Notes under the pieces: generated by a model | Database searches by the model: none | Told to the model about the DNA's origin: nothing | The model's input: only the letters and a program-made list of their open reading frames with translations | Made by a program: the position numbers and the translations under genes | Source of the DNA: Gemmatales bacterium | Lineage (GTDB): Bacteria; Planctomycetota; Planctomycetia; Gemmatales; HRBIN36 | Length of the DNA: 64,000 nt | Reading direction: 5' to 3' | Assembly: GCA_041640595.1 (NCBI GenBank) | Contig: JBEPZY010000002.1 | Coordinates: forward strand, 242,984-306,983 | Shown here: positions 10,404 through 20,959 of the stretch, piece by piece | Position numbering within the stretch: position 1 is the stretch's first letter | Layout: every line of letters begins with the position of its first letter

Positions 10404-11384
10404 ATGGCCCTACGCAACCTGGTACAGGCACTCAATCTCGCCCTGCGGCAGGAGATGGAAAAGGATGACCGGATTGTTCTCCTGGGAGAAGATATCGGCC
10501 GGCAGGGCGGCGTTTTTCGCGTTACTGAGGGATTGCTGGATCGCTTCGGGCCGATGCGGGTGCTCGATACACCAGTTTCCGAAGCGGGGATCGTCGGCAC
10601 TTCCATCGGGCTGGCATTAGCCGGGTTACGTCCGGTCGCGGAGATTCAGTTCAGCGGCTTCATGTTCAACGCCCTGCACCAGCTTGGACTGTTAGCGGCA
10701 CGGTTTCGCAGCCGGTCACGGGGAACTTTCCAGGTGCCGATGGTGGTACGCAGTCCCTGGGGCGGTGGTGTGCGGGCGCTGGAATTGCACAACGAAAGCG
10801 AAGAAGCGGTTTACGCCCAGCTGCCCGGTTTGAAAGTGGTCATCCCTTCTCGTCCGCGGCGAGCCCGAGCCCTTCTGGTCGCCAGCATCCGCGATCCCGA
10901 TCCGGTGGTCTTTCTCGAACCGAAGCGGGTGTACCGCTCCATTCGGGAAGAGGTGCCGGACGAGGAAGAAATCTTCCCGATCGGCGAGGCCGAAATTGTT
11001 CGCAGCGGCCGCCATCTGACGCTGATTACCTACGGCAGCATGTTGCAGGACTGCTTGCAGGCCGCCGAGCAGGCCGAACGACTGCACCAGATCAGCGTGG
11101 AGGTGATTGATCTGCTCACGGTCGTGCCTATGGATACGGCAACGATTGTGCGATCGGTGCAAAAAACCGGTCGCTGCGTCGTTGTCCACGAGGCACCGCG
11201 TTCCTGCGGTATCGGTGCGGAAATTATCGCGCGGATCAACGAACAATGCCTGTTCCATTTGCAGGCACCGGTGGCACGGGTGACCGGTTACGATATTCCC
11301 TATCCGTTCTTTGCCCGCGAACAAAGCTATCTGCCCAACGTGGCACGGATTCTCGACGCCATTCGCCGGACGCTGGAGTCGTAA
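10404..11384 (+). CDS. pdhB: Pyruvate/2-oxoacid dehydrogenase E1 beta subunit
   Basis: GEDIG..GGVFRVTEGL, DTPVSEAGI, EIQF, DPDPVVFLEPK; abuts the pdhA stop. Confidence 0.9.
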   Translation: MALRNLVQALNLALRQEMEKDDRIVLLGEDIGRQGGVFRVTEGLLDRFGPMRVLDTPVSEAGIVGTSIGLALAGLRPVAEIQFSGFMFNALHQLGLLAARFRSRSRGTFQVPMVVRSPWGGGVRALELHNESEEAVYAQLPGLKVVIPSRPRRARALLVASIRDPDPVVFLEPKRVYRSIREEVPDEEEIFPIGEAEIVRSGRHLTLITYGSMLQDCLQAAEQAERLHQISVEVIDLLTVVPMDTATIVRSVQKTGRCVVVHEAPRSCGIGAEIIARINEQCLFHLQAPVARVTGYDIPYPFFAREQSYLPNVARILDAIRRTLES

Positions 11385-11705
11385 CTTCTGCAAACCCATT
11401 CGGGCATGGTTAGCGAGCCACGGACTGACGGGTATTTCTACGCCGTTTCAATAGTTCCCGGCGCACCTTGTTCGTCCATAGTTCGTCAATGGAACAGCAC
11501 TTGAGAGCGACTGGCAATTTCCTCGCCGACCTTGGGATCGTTTTCTGCCAGGGCTGGCATTGTGCTGCGGGTGACTTTTGCGTGGAACCTGTGGCCTAAT
11601 CAACACGGCCATGTGTTTGCTTCCCGCGTGGGTGCAACTTGCCTCGAAGGGTTTCCGGGACTTTCCGAGCAAAGTCGCCTTGCAGCCGACCGAGCGGGGA
11701 AACGA

Positions 11706-12125
11706 TCAGGAACCAGGCTGGTCGGGTTGAACCACTTTGATTTCGATTCGCCGGGCCCGGGCACGCTGGAGTTTGGGAAGCACCAGACGCAACACGCCGT
11801 TTTGGAATTCGGCCGTGATGGCGTCCGCATCCACTTCTTCCGGCAGAATGAACGAACGGAAAAAGTCGCCGATGCGGACTTCCTCATAGACCGCTCGCGC
11901 GTCGCGGGGAACGGGCCAGCGTACTTTACCGTAAATCTCCAGCACGTTTCCCTGCACGTTGACACGGAGATTATCCCCGCTGACGCCGGGCAGATCGGCT
12001 TCCAACACCAAACCGTCCGGCGTTTCGTAAATGTCGAGAGCCGGAGTGAACAGGTTCTCCGTACGGTCTGGCGGTTCGGAATTGCCAGTTACCCGCGGTT
12101 GCAGCAAATGCTCCGGCTCCGGCAT
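11706..12125 (-). CDS. Small heat-shock protein (Hsp20/alpha-crystallin)
   Basis: PALDIYET...ADLPGV...FFRSFILP..VDADAITAEFQNGVLRLVLPK, IxI-like tail RRIEIK; RBS aggagg before ATG 12125. Confidence 0.92.
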   Translation of the reverse strand: MPEPEHLLQPRVTGNSEPPDRTENLFTPALDIYETPDGLVLEADLPGVSGDNLRVNVQGNVLEIYGKVRWPVPRDARAVYEEVRIGDFFRSFILPEEVDADAITAEFQNGVLRLVLPKLQRARARRIEIKVVQPDQPGS

Positions 12126-12144
12126 GGTAAGGGCCTCCTGGTAG

Positions 12145-12588
12145 TTACGCGGTGCGGATTTGCACCTGCCGCGACTGGGCCTCCGGAACCTTGGCCACTC
12201 GCAGCACCAGCAGGCCGTTTTCCAGCGTCCCCGTGACCGAACTCGGATCGGCACGTTCCGGCAGCCCAATGGTGCGGCACCAGCTACCCATCCAGCGTTC
12301 CTCGCGGCGGAAAGTTTCTTCGGGGGCCAGTTGCTGGCGTTTTCGTTCGCCCCGTATCGTCAGCCGATCGCCTACAGTGGTAACTTCCAAATCCTGCGGC
12401 TTGACACCGGGCAACGGAACAATCAGAATAAACTCATTGGCCGTTTCGTACACGTTGATGGGCGGATACTGTCGGCCTGCCTCCCAAAAAAATCGGCTGC
12501 TGACCAGCGTGAGATCGAAAATGCGTTCCATCTCACGCTGCAGTTCGTCCAGGGCATCCCAGGCAGACCGAAACGGCCAGATAATCAT
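12145..12588 (-). CDS. Small heat-shock protein (Hsp20/alpha-crystallin)
   Basis: YPPINVYET...LPGV...LTIRGER...LENGLLVLRVAK; RBS ggagg before ATG 12588. Confidence 0.92.
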   Translation of the reverse strand: MIIWPFRSAWDALDELQREMERIFDLTLVSSRFFWEAGRQYPPINVYETANEFILIVPLPGVKPQDLEVTTVGDRLTIRGERKRQQLAPEETFRREERWMGSWCRTIGLPERADPSSVTGTLENGLLVLRVAKVPEAQSRQVQIRTA

Positions 12589-12632
12589 GCCTTGCTGCCT
12601 CCACGGACATCCGTCATTCCAAGCCAAGTCAA

Positions 12633-12750
12633 GTGGTCAGTGGTCAGTGACCGGTGGCCAGTGATCCGTGGCCAGTCGCTATATCTGTTCTCCGCCAAAT
12701 CTGCGGTTTCGAGCCAAGCCAAGTGGTCAGTGGCCAGTGGCCGGTGATCC
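12633..12750. repeat. Two blocks of heptamer tandem repeats (GTGGYCA-like)
   Basis: gtggtca gtggtca gtgaccg gtggcca gtgatcc gtggcca from 12633, and four more units from 12723. Confidence 0.8.
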
Positions 12751-12784
12751 GAGGCCAGGCGCTGGGTTCCACCCATGGCTAAAC

Positions 12785-12801
12785 AGCAACTCCAGTGCCA
12801 A
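12785..12801 (-). promoter_or_regulatory. Sigma-54 (-24/-12) promoter for the hsp20 operon
   Basis: Minus strand TTGGCAC-TGGAG-TTGCT, an exact TGGCAC-N5-TTGC match, about 200 bp upstream of hsp20 and in the correct orientation. Confidence 0.7.
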
Positions 12802-12942
12802 TCGCGCATATATCCTTCAGCGCAGTAAACCTTTACCCATAGAAACGTTACGTCGCAAGACCGGGCAGTGCCAACCGTGATCCTGCGAGGCGACGGAATC
12901 CAGACTGCCAGGATGGCAGGCTCAGGTCTATTCCCCGCTCAG

Positions 12943-13202
12943 GGGTGCCAGCCCATGCCCAGCAACGAACCGCAAGCGCACACAAATGTTCCAGCGCTAG
13001 CCATTGGCGGACACACGGGTGCCAGCCTTGGCCAGTAAAGAACGGCAAACCTATCGCGGTTCCTTTCCGAACAGGGGCAAGGTCAACGCCATTGGGAGAA
13101 GACCAACGAACTGCTAGCCCACCGCGGTTTGTTGCCCAGCAACGTCGCACGTTGAACGTCGAAGGAGGCATCCGCCAGCAACAGCAACGAACCGCAAGCC
13201 CA
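12943..13202. repeat. Degenerate direct-repeat array (core caacgaaccgcaagc), 4 copies
   Basis: Cores at about 12963, 13036, 13104 and 13185; the first two copies share the prefix gggtgccagcc. Confidence 0.55.
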
Positions 13203-13538
13203 TCTCACCCCAACTGATGCTCGGCCTGCCTCATTTGGCGAAGCGAAGGTTTGCGATTGGTTCCTGCGCGAGCCAGGCGGACACGGAGAAAGCGGCTTGT
13301 ATGATAAATGGCAGCGCCGGGCTCGGTGATAGACGCAGCGACCGCGCCGGCTCGAACTGGTCGGCACCACGAACGCGGGCGAAGCGTCCATTGCCGAAGC
13401 GGCAGACGCAGTGTGCGGGTCTGACCGATCGGATGGCACGATCACAGCGCGAGTCAAGACTTTACACACGACGCCGTGGACGCAGTGCCCGGGCCTGACC
13501 GATCGGCGCGACGGTGGGTTACTAGCGGGGATTGAGCC

Positions 13539-15032
13539 ATGAGCCAGCCGCAATTTTTCGAGTATGTTTGTCCGTATTGTCAGGTGCCCCAGCGTTTCCC
13601 GGTGATAGCTCGCGGCAAACGGGGACGTTGTTCGGCGTGTGGTACCGTCTTCCATTTGCCGGAGACCGTTGTGCAAATCGGCGGCATGGCCCATGCCGTG
13701 CCGGTTGAAGCAGGCAGTCGCCGACCTCCGGAGGTAATCCTTCTGGGTGACGAACCGGCGGCACCGTCCCGGCGTTCGATCAGCGTGGTTTTTGTCTGCG
13801 TGGTAGCGCTGTTGCTGGGCGGTGGGTTGGGAGCGGCGGGATTGCTGATTTATCTCAATCGCCAGTTTGAAGCGGGCATGGATCAGCTGGCCCAGCCCGT
13901 GCCGGGCGGACAGCAACAGCAACCCAAGGACGAAAAAGACCTGAGCCATCTCGTTCCTTCCGTCGCCTGTCTGGGTGGTCGGCGTCCTTATGGCCACGCG
14001 GTGCTCGTCGAACACCAGGGGCAACTTTACCTGGCCACGCTCAGAGAACAGTTGCGTTACCAGGAGGAGAAAATCCCGGCGACGTTCTTCGATGCCAGCG
14101 GCAAGGCGTTGCTCACCGAGGAAGTTACGCCGGTCATCGGGTGCAATGCTCCGTTTGCTGAAGCGGTCCTGCTGGGATTTACCGGCGAACCGGACAAGTT
14201 GCGGGGGCGCTTGCAGGAACTGGGGATCCGACCGGTTCCGCTCGCCAAAAATGTCCGCGACTTACGTGCGGGAGACCGGCTGTATGTGCTTGGGCGAACC
14301 GGTGGTCAGGATTTCGCTGTCTCGGAGCATCCGCGACAGACCCCGGCCCGGGTTTGCCTGTTGCCCAGCCCGGCCGCTGGTGCCGACCTCCAGATATTCA
14401 GTGTAGATTGGCTGGCTGCACACACGGTATTGCCGGCGGCTCCACTGTTTAATCCCGACGGAGAACTGGTCGGCCTGTATGCTCAGTTTGTCCGCCTGCC
14501 GGAAGGCCCGATCGCCGAGAACAATCCCGTCATTGGTGCCGACCAGATTCGTCAGCTTCTGGAGGCTCCGGAGGTGCAGGTGCGTGGTAAGGAATTGCTG
14601 CAAAGGCTGAACCTGGTGCTACCGGCACCGTCCGGAGCGGAGAAATCTTCGCCGGCTACTCGTCCCGGCGGTTTCCGAACTACGCCGCCAGAGTTACTCC
14701 GATTCACGCCGGAGCTGAAAATGATCCACCGTCCCTTTGCCCTGGCACGCTTCAACACCCATGTGCTCGGCCGCGTTCGCGCCAGTCAGCGGGTGCTTCT
14801 GGTTTTCGAGGTGGAACACTGGCCAGAACCCACCTGTCAGATCGAGATTTTTGCTCAGCACTTCAAGCCAGGCGAGCCTCCCAAGGTCATCCGCGAATTC
14901 ACGTTTGCCGAGAAACGGGCGGTGCTGCTGTTTGACCCGCCGGCTCCGGGAGTGTACGGCGTTCGGCTCCGGGTACCTCCGGATGAACAGGCCAAATTTC
15001 TCGTCCACCTCCATGCAGCGGTGGGATGGTGA
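13539..15032 (+). CDS. Zinc-ribbon membrane protein with a degenerate trypsin-like domain
   Basis: CPYC...CSAC, one TM helix, then APLFNPDGELVGL resembling trypsin GGPLxNxxGExVG but without GxSGG. Confidence 0.7.
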   Translation: MSQPQFFEYVCPYCQVPQRFPVIARGKRGRCSACGTVFHLPETVVQIGGMAHAVPVEAGSRRPPEVILLGDEPAAPSRRSISVVFVCVVALLLGGGLGAAGLLIYLNRQFEAGMDQLAQPVPGGQQQQPKDEKDLSHLVPSVACLGGRRPYGHAVLVEHQGQLYLATLREQLRYQEEKIPATFFDASGKALLTEEVTPVIGCNAPFAEAVLLGFTGEPDKLRGRLQELGIRPVPLAKNVRDLRAGDRLYVLGRTGGQDFAVSEHPRQTPARVCLLPSPAAGADLQIFSVDWLAAHTVLPAAPLFNPDGELVGLYAQFVRLPEGPIAENNPVIGADQIRQLLEAPEVQVRGKELLQRLNLVLPAPSGAEKSSPATRPGGFRTTPPELLRFTPELKMIHRPFALARFNTHVLGRVRASQRVLLVFEVEHWPEPTCQIEIFAQHFKPGEPPKVIREFTFAEKRAVLLFDPPAPGVYGVRLRVPPDEQAKFLVHLHAAVGW

Positions 15033-15841
15033 TCATGATCGGGCAGCCCGCCCTGACGCGCGAGCAAATGCAGGCTTTTGATCGCTGGGCGGTCGAAGAA
15101 CTCGGCGTGCCGGGCGTGGTGCTCATGGAAAATGCCGGTCGCGGTTGTGCCGAGGTTCTGCTGCGGGTTCACGCCGCCAGTGGGCAGCCATCCTTACCGC
15201 AGTCCGATTCGGCGTCGGATGCACCTGCCCCGACGGCCGTCCTTTCCCGCCTGGAAGATTTTGCCCTGGGGCGTTATCCGCGACCTCACCGTGTCGCCGT
15301 TTGCTGCGGGCGGGGCAACAATGGCGGCGACGGGTACGTTCTGGGGCGTTACCTGGCCTTACTGGGAATCGGCGTCCAGGTGCTGGCGTTTGCCGATCCC
15401 GAGCAGTTGAGCGGCGAGGCACGCTGGGCGGCGGAGCTGTATTGCCGATTGCGACTGCCGTTGGTGCCGTTCTGGAATGGCCCGCTCGACGAAACCCGCC
15501 TTCGGACGGAACTGGCCCATGCTGACTGGGTTGCCGACGCCCTTTTTGGTACGGGACTGAAAGGCCCGTTGCGACCACCTTTCGATCGCGTGGTCGAACT
15601 GATCAACGCCAGCGGCAGACCGATTCTGGCCGTGGACATTCCTTCGGGGCTGGATTGCAACACCGGCCTGGCATCCGGGCCGGCGATTCGGGCTCGTTGC
15701 ACCGCCACCATGGCGGCATGCAAACGCGGCTTTCTCCAGCCGACCGCACGTGAGTTTACCGGAGACGTGTACGTAGTGAGTCTTGGCGTTCCGGTTTCTG
15801 CCTGGCCCGGTCTGAGCCAGGCTCAGCCGACTTCCTGTTAG
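15026..15841 (+). CDS. nnrE: NAD(P)H-hydrate epimerase (stand-alone YjeF-N)
   Basis: LMENAG, CGRGNNGGDG, DALFGTG, AVDIPSG motifs. Confidence 0.9.
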   Translation: MVIMIGQPALTREQMQAFDRWAVEELGVPGVVLMENAGRGCAEVLLRVHAASGQPSLPQSDSASDAPAPTAVLSRLEDFALGRYPRPHRVAVCCGRGNNGGDGYVLGRYLALLGIGVQVLAFADPEQLSGEARWAAELYCRLRLPLVPFWNGPLDETRLRTELAHADWVADALFGTGLKGPLRPPFDRVVELINASGRPILAVDIPSGLDCNTGLASGPAIRARCTATMAACKRGFLQPTAREFTGDVYVVSLGVPVSAWPGLSQAQPTSC

Positions 15842-16038
15842 TCGCGGTGCTGGCTCAGGAAGCTCGCCGGCATCGCATTCGTCAACCGCCGCTGGCTACC
15901 CTGTCAGCCACGTGCCAGCCGAAACGGTCTTTTCCACCGGGCGAGCCGAGCATAGACTAGATTGTCCTGACGCACAAACAAACTTCCCTGGGGTGAACCC
16001 CGGCGAGTCGGCAGGCGTAATAAAAGGAGATAAAAGCG

Positions 16039-16263
16039 ATGAAAAAGGGTATCCATCCGGAATACGTCGAGGCCACGGTAACCTGCGGTTGTGGCAATAC
16101 GTTCAAGACCCGCAGCACCAAACGGGAAATCCACGTCGAAATTTGCTCCGCGTGCCATCCGTTTTTCACCGGCAAGATGAAATACGTGGACACCGCTGGT
16201 CGCGTCGAGCGGTTCTTGCGGAAATACCGACGTCAAAACGAAAACCAGACCGGCAACAAGTAG
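16039..16263 (+). CDS. rpmE: 50S ribosomal protein L31 (Zn-binding type)
   Basis: [35 protein letters not shown] aaggag. Confidence 0.97.
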   Translation: MKKGIHPEYVEATVTCGCGNTFKTRSTKREIHVEICSACHPFFTGKMKYVDTAGRVERFLRKYRRQNENQTGNK

Positions 16264-16349
16264 GTGCGCTGGGCTGGCATCCAGGCTGCGGGTCGGCAAA
16301 TTCATCCGCAACATCGGTAAGCGTATTCGCGCGTCGCCAACGCATCCGT

Positions 16350-16775
16350 AACCGGAGCGGCGACCGTGTGCATAACAGGAGCGGCGGGCGTCAGCCCGCC
16401 GTGGTGTGCGACACCGACGCTGTGCGGGGAAAGTCGAACATCGCACAGCGACTAGCGAACACGCAACCAGGAGCGGCGGGTGTCAGCCCGCCGTGGTCGG
16501 CGAAACGCCCAGCAACGGCGTTTGTTTCCCACGGCTGGCTTACGCCAGCCGCTCCTGATCGGGCGACGCACATTCACTGCAAAGCGCGTGCATGGCGACG
16601 CACAAACGCACGTGCCCAGGAGCGGCGGGTGTCAGCCCGCCGTGCGACGGCGAAACGCCCATGCAACGGCGTTCGTTTCCACGGCTGGCTAACGCCAGCC
16701 GCTCCTGATCGGGCGACGAACATTCACTGCAAAGCGCGTGCTTGCCGATGCACAAACGCACGTGCCCAGGAGCGG
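16350..16775. repeat. REP-like palindrome cluster 2, between rpmE and prfA
   Basis: GAGCGGCGGG..TCAGCCCGCCGTG units and inverted CCACGGCTGGCTTACGCCAGCCGCTC units; about 148-bp internal duplication. Confidence 0.9.
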
Positions 16776-16854
16776 TGAACATCGGGCTTTGCTGGCGAGC
16801 CACGCAACAAATGGCGTGTCATGGCAGCCGACTCTCCACTGTCGGACATAGCTT

Positions 16855-17958
16855 ATGTGGGCGAAACTGGATGAAATCCTGAAGCGGTACCAGGAAGTGG
16901 AACGGCAGCTGGGCGATCCTGCCGTGATCGCGGATGGTATGCGCGCCGGGCAGCTGGCCAAGGAGCACGGTTTGCTTGCCCGTGTGGCCAAACCCTATCT
17001 CGAATATCGGCAGCTCGAACAGGAACTGCACCAGGCCGAACGGCTCGCCTGCTCCGAAAAAGACCCGGAATTGCGGGCCTATGCGCAGGAGGAAGTGGAA
17101 CTCTTGCGACGCAAACAGGAGCAACTCCGCCAACGCCTCGAGGAATTGCTCCTCGTGGACCCATCCGAAGACCGCGACAGTGTCATTCTGGAAATTCGTG
17201 CGGGCACCGGTGGTGAGGAGGCAGCGCTGTTTGCTGCCGATTTGTTCCGCATGTACGAAAAATACGCCGCCGCTCGCGGCTGGAAGGTCGAGGTGCTCGA
17301 TTTCAATGCCACCGACCTGGGCGGATTCAAGGAAGTCATCTGCAGCATCAGCGGCGAAAACGTCTATCGGGAACTGCGTTACGAGTCGGGCGGACATCGT
17401 GTGCAACGGGTGCCCAAGACCGAGCAGCAGGGGCGCATCCACACCTCCGCCGCGACCGTGGCTGTGCTTGCCGAACCCGAAGAAATCGAGATCGAAATCA
17501 AACCGGAAGAGGTCCGCATAGACACCTTTGCCTCCGGTGGTCCTGGCGGTCAGCACCAGAACAAGACTCAGAGCGGGGTGCGCATCGTCCATTTGCCGAC
17601 CGGTATCGTCGCCGAGTGCCGCAACGAACGCAGCCAGCATAAGAACAAAGCGACGGCCTGGCGTATGCTGCGGGCCAAGCTGTATCAGCATCTGGCCTCG
17701 CAGAAAGAGGCCGAGCGGGCCCAGCAACGCCGTTCCCTCATCGGCACAGGCGACCGATCCGATCGCATTCGCACCTACAATTTCCCCCAGAACCGCGTCA
17801 CCGATCACCGCATTGGACTGACGCTGTACAAGCTCGATGCGATTCTCAATGGGGAACTGCATGAACTGATCCGCGCCCTCATCGAATACGACCGCCGTCA
17901 GCAATTCGAGCAGCTTTCCCTGGAAAAGGTCGTTGCCGTCGGAGGCACGGAGGACTGA
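16855..17958 (+). CDS. prfA: Peptide chain release factor 1
   Basis: [25 protein letters not shown] (PxT), [19 protein letters not shown]. Confidence 0.97.
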   Translation: MWAKLDEILKRYQEVERQLGDPAVIADGMRAGQLAKEHGLLARVAKPYLEYRQLEQELHQAERLACSEKDPELRAYAQEEVELLRRKQEQLRQRLEELLLVDPSEDRDSVILEIRAGTGGEEAALFAADLFRMYEKYAAARGWKVEVLDFNATDLGGFKEVICSISGENVYRELRYESGGHRVQRVPKTEQQGRIHTSAATVAVLAEPEEIEIEIKPEEVRIDTFASGGPGGQHQNKTQSGVRIVHLPTGIVAECRNERSQHKNKATAWRMLRAKLYQHLASQKEAERAQQRRSLIGTGDRSDRIRTYNFPQNRVTDHRIGLTLYKLDAILNGELHELIRALIEYDRRQQFEQLSLEKVVAVGGTED

Positions 17959-18042
17959 CCGGATTGGCCAGCGATTGCTGCTGAGGACGGCCGCACCTGG
18001 AACAGAGAGAATTGGTGCAGGCGTTTGCCTGCCGGTGTAACC

Positions 18043-18972
18043 ATGGATTGGACATTAGGACGATTGTTGCAGTGGACGACCCAGTTTCTGGCGGAACGTG
18101 GCTCGGAGAGTCCCCGCCTGGATGCCGAAGTTTTACTTGCCCACGCCGAGGGTTGCCGACGCATTGATCTGTACACCCGCTTCGAGGAACCCGCGTCCGA
18201 GCCAACCCGGCAACGCTTCCGCGAACTGGTACGCCAGCGGGCCGAGGGTTGCCCCGTGGCTTACCTAGTAGGTCGCAAGGAATTTTTCTCGCTGGAATTT
18301 GAGGTGAGCCCGGCCGTTCTCATTCCCCGTCCCAGCACGGAAACACTGGTGGCCGAGTGTTTGCGGCGGTTGAAATCCCATCCTGCTCCGGTAATTCTTG
18401 ACCTGGGCACAGGCAGCGGTAACATCGCGGTTAGTCTGGCCAAGTACCTGCCGCAGGCCCGCATCGTGGCCGTGGACATCAGTGCGGAAGCGCTTGCCGT
18501 CGCTTGCCGCAATGCCCAGCGCCACCAGGTCGCCGACCGGATAACTTTCCTGCAAGGCGATCTGTTTGTTCCGCTCCCGGCCGGTTCTGAGTTCGATGCC
18601 ATTGTCAGTAACCCGCCTTATATTGCCGACAGTGAATTAGCCGATCTGCCTGTGGGCGTTCGCCTGTACGAGCCGGAAGTCGCGCTGCGTGGCGGACCCG
18701 ACGGTCTGGCAGTCGTCGAACGCATTATTCGCCAGGCCGAGCAGTTCCTCCGACCCGGCGGTTATTTGCTTCTGGAGATTGGCACCGCCCAGGAGCAACC
18801 GGTTCGCCAGCTGGTGCAGAAGCTGACGGCGTTGCAGCTCGAGCCTACCGTTTACGATACCGATCGCCATCCCCGCGTGGTGGCGGCAAGTAAAATCAGC
18901 CAGGCCACACCGCCCGCCAGACTCGAAAAGCCCCAGCTTGACCATGACAGCGCCGCCATGTCCGTACAATAG
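18043..18972 (+). CDS. prmC: Release factor glutamine methyltransferase
   Basis: [22 protein letters not shown]; follows prfA. Confidence 0.95.
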   Translation: MDWTLGRLLQWTTQFLAERGSESPRLDAEVLLAHAEGCRRIDLYTRFEEPASEPTRQRFRELVRQRAEGCPVAYLVGRKEFFSLEFEVSPAVLIPRPSTETLVAECLRRLKSHPAPVILDLGTGSGNIAVSLAKYLPQARIVAVDISAEALAVACRNAQRHQVADRITFLQGDLFVPLPAGSEFDAIVSNPPYIADSELADLPVGVRLYEPEVALRGGPDGLAVVERIIRQAEQFLRPGGYLLLEIGTAQEQPVRQLVQKLTALQLEPTVYDTDRHPRVVAASKISQATPPARLEKPQLDHDSAAMSVQ

Positions 18973-19076
18973 CGGCGTATGGTTTCCCGGCTGCCACTTT
19001 CCCGGCTAGCCACCAGTGCGACGGGGAGCGGCTGAATTGTAACTATCGCTTCGCAAAACAACAGGAAGTGCCAGCT

Positions 19077-20804
19077 ATGAGCAAGCATATTTTCGTAACC
19101 GGCGGCGTGTGCAGTTCCCTGGGCAAGGGGCTTACCTGTGCCAGTATCGGCATGCTCCTGGAACGTCGGGGCCTGCGCGTCCGGTTGCAGAAATTCGACC
19201 CGTATATCAACGTGGACCCCGGCACAATGAGCCCGTACCAGCACGGCGAGGTTTATGTGCTGGATGACGGCAGCGAGACCGATCTCGACCTGGGCCATTA
19301 CGAACGCTTCACCTCCGCTCCGCTGGATCGCAACTGCAACTTTACCACGGGCCGAATCTATCTCTCCGTTATCCAGAAGGAACGCCGGGGGGAATACCTC
19401 GGCAAGACAGTTCAGGTCGTGCCGCACGTTACCGATGAAATCCAGGCAGCGATTCGTGCCCTGGCCGCGCCGGACGTGGATGTGGTCATCACCGAGATCG
19501 GCGGAACTGTTGGCGACATCGAAGGGCTCCCGTTTCTGGAAGCCATCCGCCAGTTCGCTCTGCAGGTCGGCAAACAGAATTGCCTGTTCATCCACCTGAC
19601 CCTGGTGCCCTACTTGCGGGCCGCACGCGAACTCAAAACCAAGCCCACCCAGCAGAGTGTCGCTCGCCTGCGCGAAATCGGTATCCAGCCGGACATCCTC
19701 ATCTGTCGCAGCGAACGCTCCCTTTCCCGCGAGGAGAAGCACAAAATCGCCCTGTTCTGCAACGTCGAACCGGCAGCAGTCATCGAGGAGCTCGACAAAA
19801 CCTACAGCATCTACGAGGTGCCCATCAGCCTTTCCGAGAACCAGCTGGATGAACTCATCGTTCAGAAACTCGGCTTGAAGGCCCAGCCCCTGGACATCTC
19901 CGATTGGAAACAACTGCTGCAGCGCATCCAGAATCCGACCCAGGAAGTCAGCGTGGCAGTGGTCGGCAAGTATATTCGCCACCACGACGCCTACAAGTCC
20001 ATCTACGAAGCTCTCGATCACGGCGGCCTGGCCCACAGTGCCCGCGTCTCGGTGCGGAAAGTGGACGCCGAAGAAATCGAACGCGATGGACCCCACCAGG
20101 CGCTCGCCGATTGCGATGGCATTCTTGTGCCGGGCGGTTTTGGAGATCGCGGCGTCGAAGGCAAAATCGAGGCGATTCGCTATGCCCGCCACAAGCACAT
20201 CCCCTTTTTCGGGATTTGTCTGGGGATGCAGTGCGCAGTTATTGAATTTGCCCGTAATGTTTTGGGCCTGGCCGAGGCCAACAGCACCGAATTTGACCGC
20301 GACACGCCTCATCCGGTCATTTGCCTGATGGATGAACAGCGGCAGTTCGCCGACAAAGGCGGCACCATGCGACTGGGAGCCTATCCGTGTCTGCTCCGCG
20401 AGGGCACTCGCATTCGCGCTATTTACGGCCAGTCCGTCATCCGCGAACGGCACCGCCACCGCTACGAATTCAACAACGCCTACCGCACCATGTTCGAGTC
20501 GGCAGGCATGGTCGCCTCCGGTCTAAGTCCCGATGGGAAACTCGTCGAAGCCATCGAACTGGTCGGTCATCCCTGGTTTGTCGCCGTGCAATATCATCCC
20601 GAATTCCTATCGAAACCGTTACGTCCGCATCCCCTGTTTGCTGATTTCATCCGCGCTGCCCTCAACCGCAAAGAAACTCGCCGACAACCCGATACCGTTT
20701 CTCGAACCACGACCATCGAAGCTGGCTCAGCTGTACCGGCTACGCCCAATGCGTCCGGTTTGCCGGGCGAAACCGTCACCGCATCCGACGGTGCTCTCGG
20801 CTAG
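19077..20804 (+). CDS. pyrG: CTP synthase
   Basis: [47 protein letters not shown]. Confidence 0.97.
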   Translation: MSKHIFVTGGVCSSLGKGLTCASIGMLLERRGLRVRLQKFDPYINVDPGTMSPYQHGEVYVLDDGSETDLDLGHYERFTSAPLDRNCNFTTGRIYLSVIQKERRGEYLGKTVQVVPHVTDEIQAAIRALAAPDVDVVITEIGGTVGDIEGLPFLEAIRQFALQVGKQNCLFIHLTLVPYLRAARELKTKPTQQSVARLREIGIQPDILICRSERSLSREEKHKIALFCNVEPAAVIEELDKTYSIYEVPISLSENQLDELIVQKLGLKAQPLDISDWKQLLQRIQNPTQEVSVAVVGKYIRHHDAYKSIYEALDHGGLAHSARVSVRKVDAEEIERDGPHQALADCDGILVPGGFGDRGVEGKIEAIRYARHKHIPFFGICLGMQCAVIEFARNVLGLAEANSTEFDRDTPHPVICLMDEQRQFADKGGTMRLGAYPCLLREGTRIRAIYGQSVIRERHRHRYEFNNAYRTMFESAGMVASGLSPDGKLVEAIELVGHPWFVAVQYHPEFLSKPLRPHPLFADFIRAALNRKETRRQPDTVSRTTTIEAGSAVPATPNASGLPGETVTASDGALG

Positions 20805-20868
20805 CTCATCAGGCAGTTCTCTTGTGTCTATTTTGCTGGGCGAAACCGTCACCGCATTCGACGGTGCT
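20765..20868. repeat. 31-bp direct duplication of the pyrG 3' end
   Basis: gggcgaaaccgtcaccgcatYcgacggtgct at 20765 and 20838 (30/31 identical). Confidence 0.85.
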
Positions 20869-20959
20869 GCCGGCAGGTAAACTTCTCCACCGCAATTCAC
20901 CCGGCCCAACTCATTCCGCCGCCACAACGAACCATCGTGCCAGAAAGTTTCGTCATTCC

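Noticed and set aside
12773..12801. CIRCE element upstream of hsp20
   Set aside because: Only one arm resembles TTAGCACTC; the sigma-54 consensus fits exactly.
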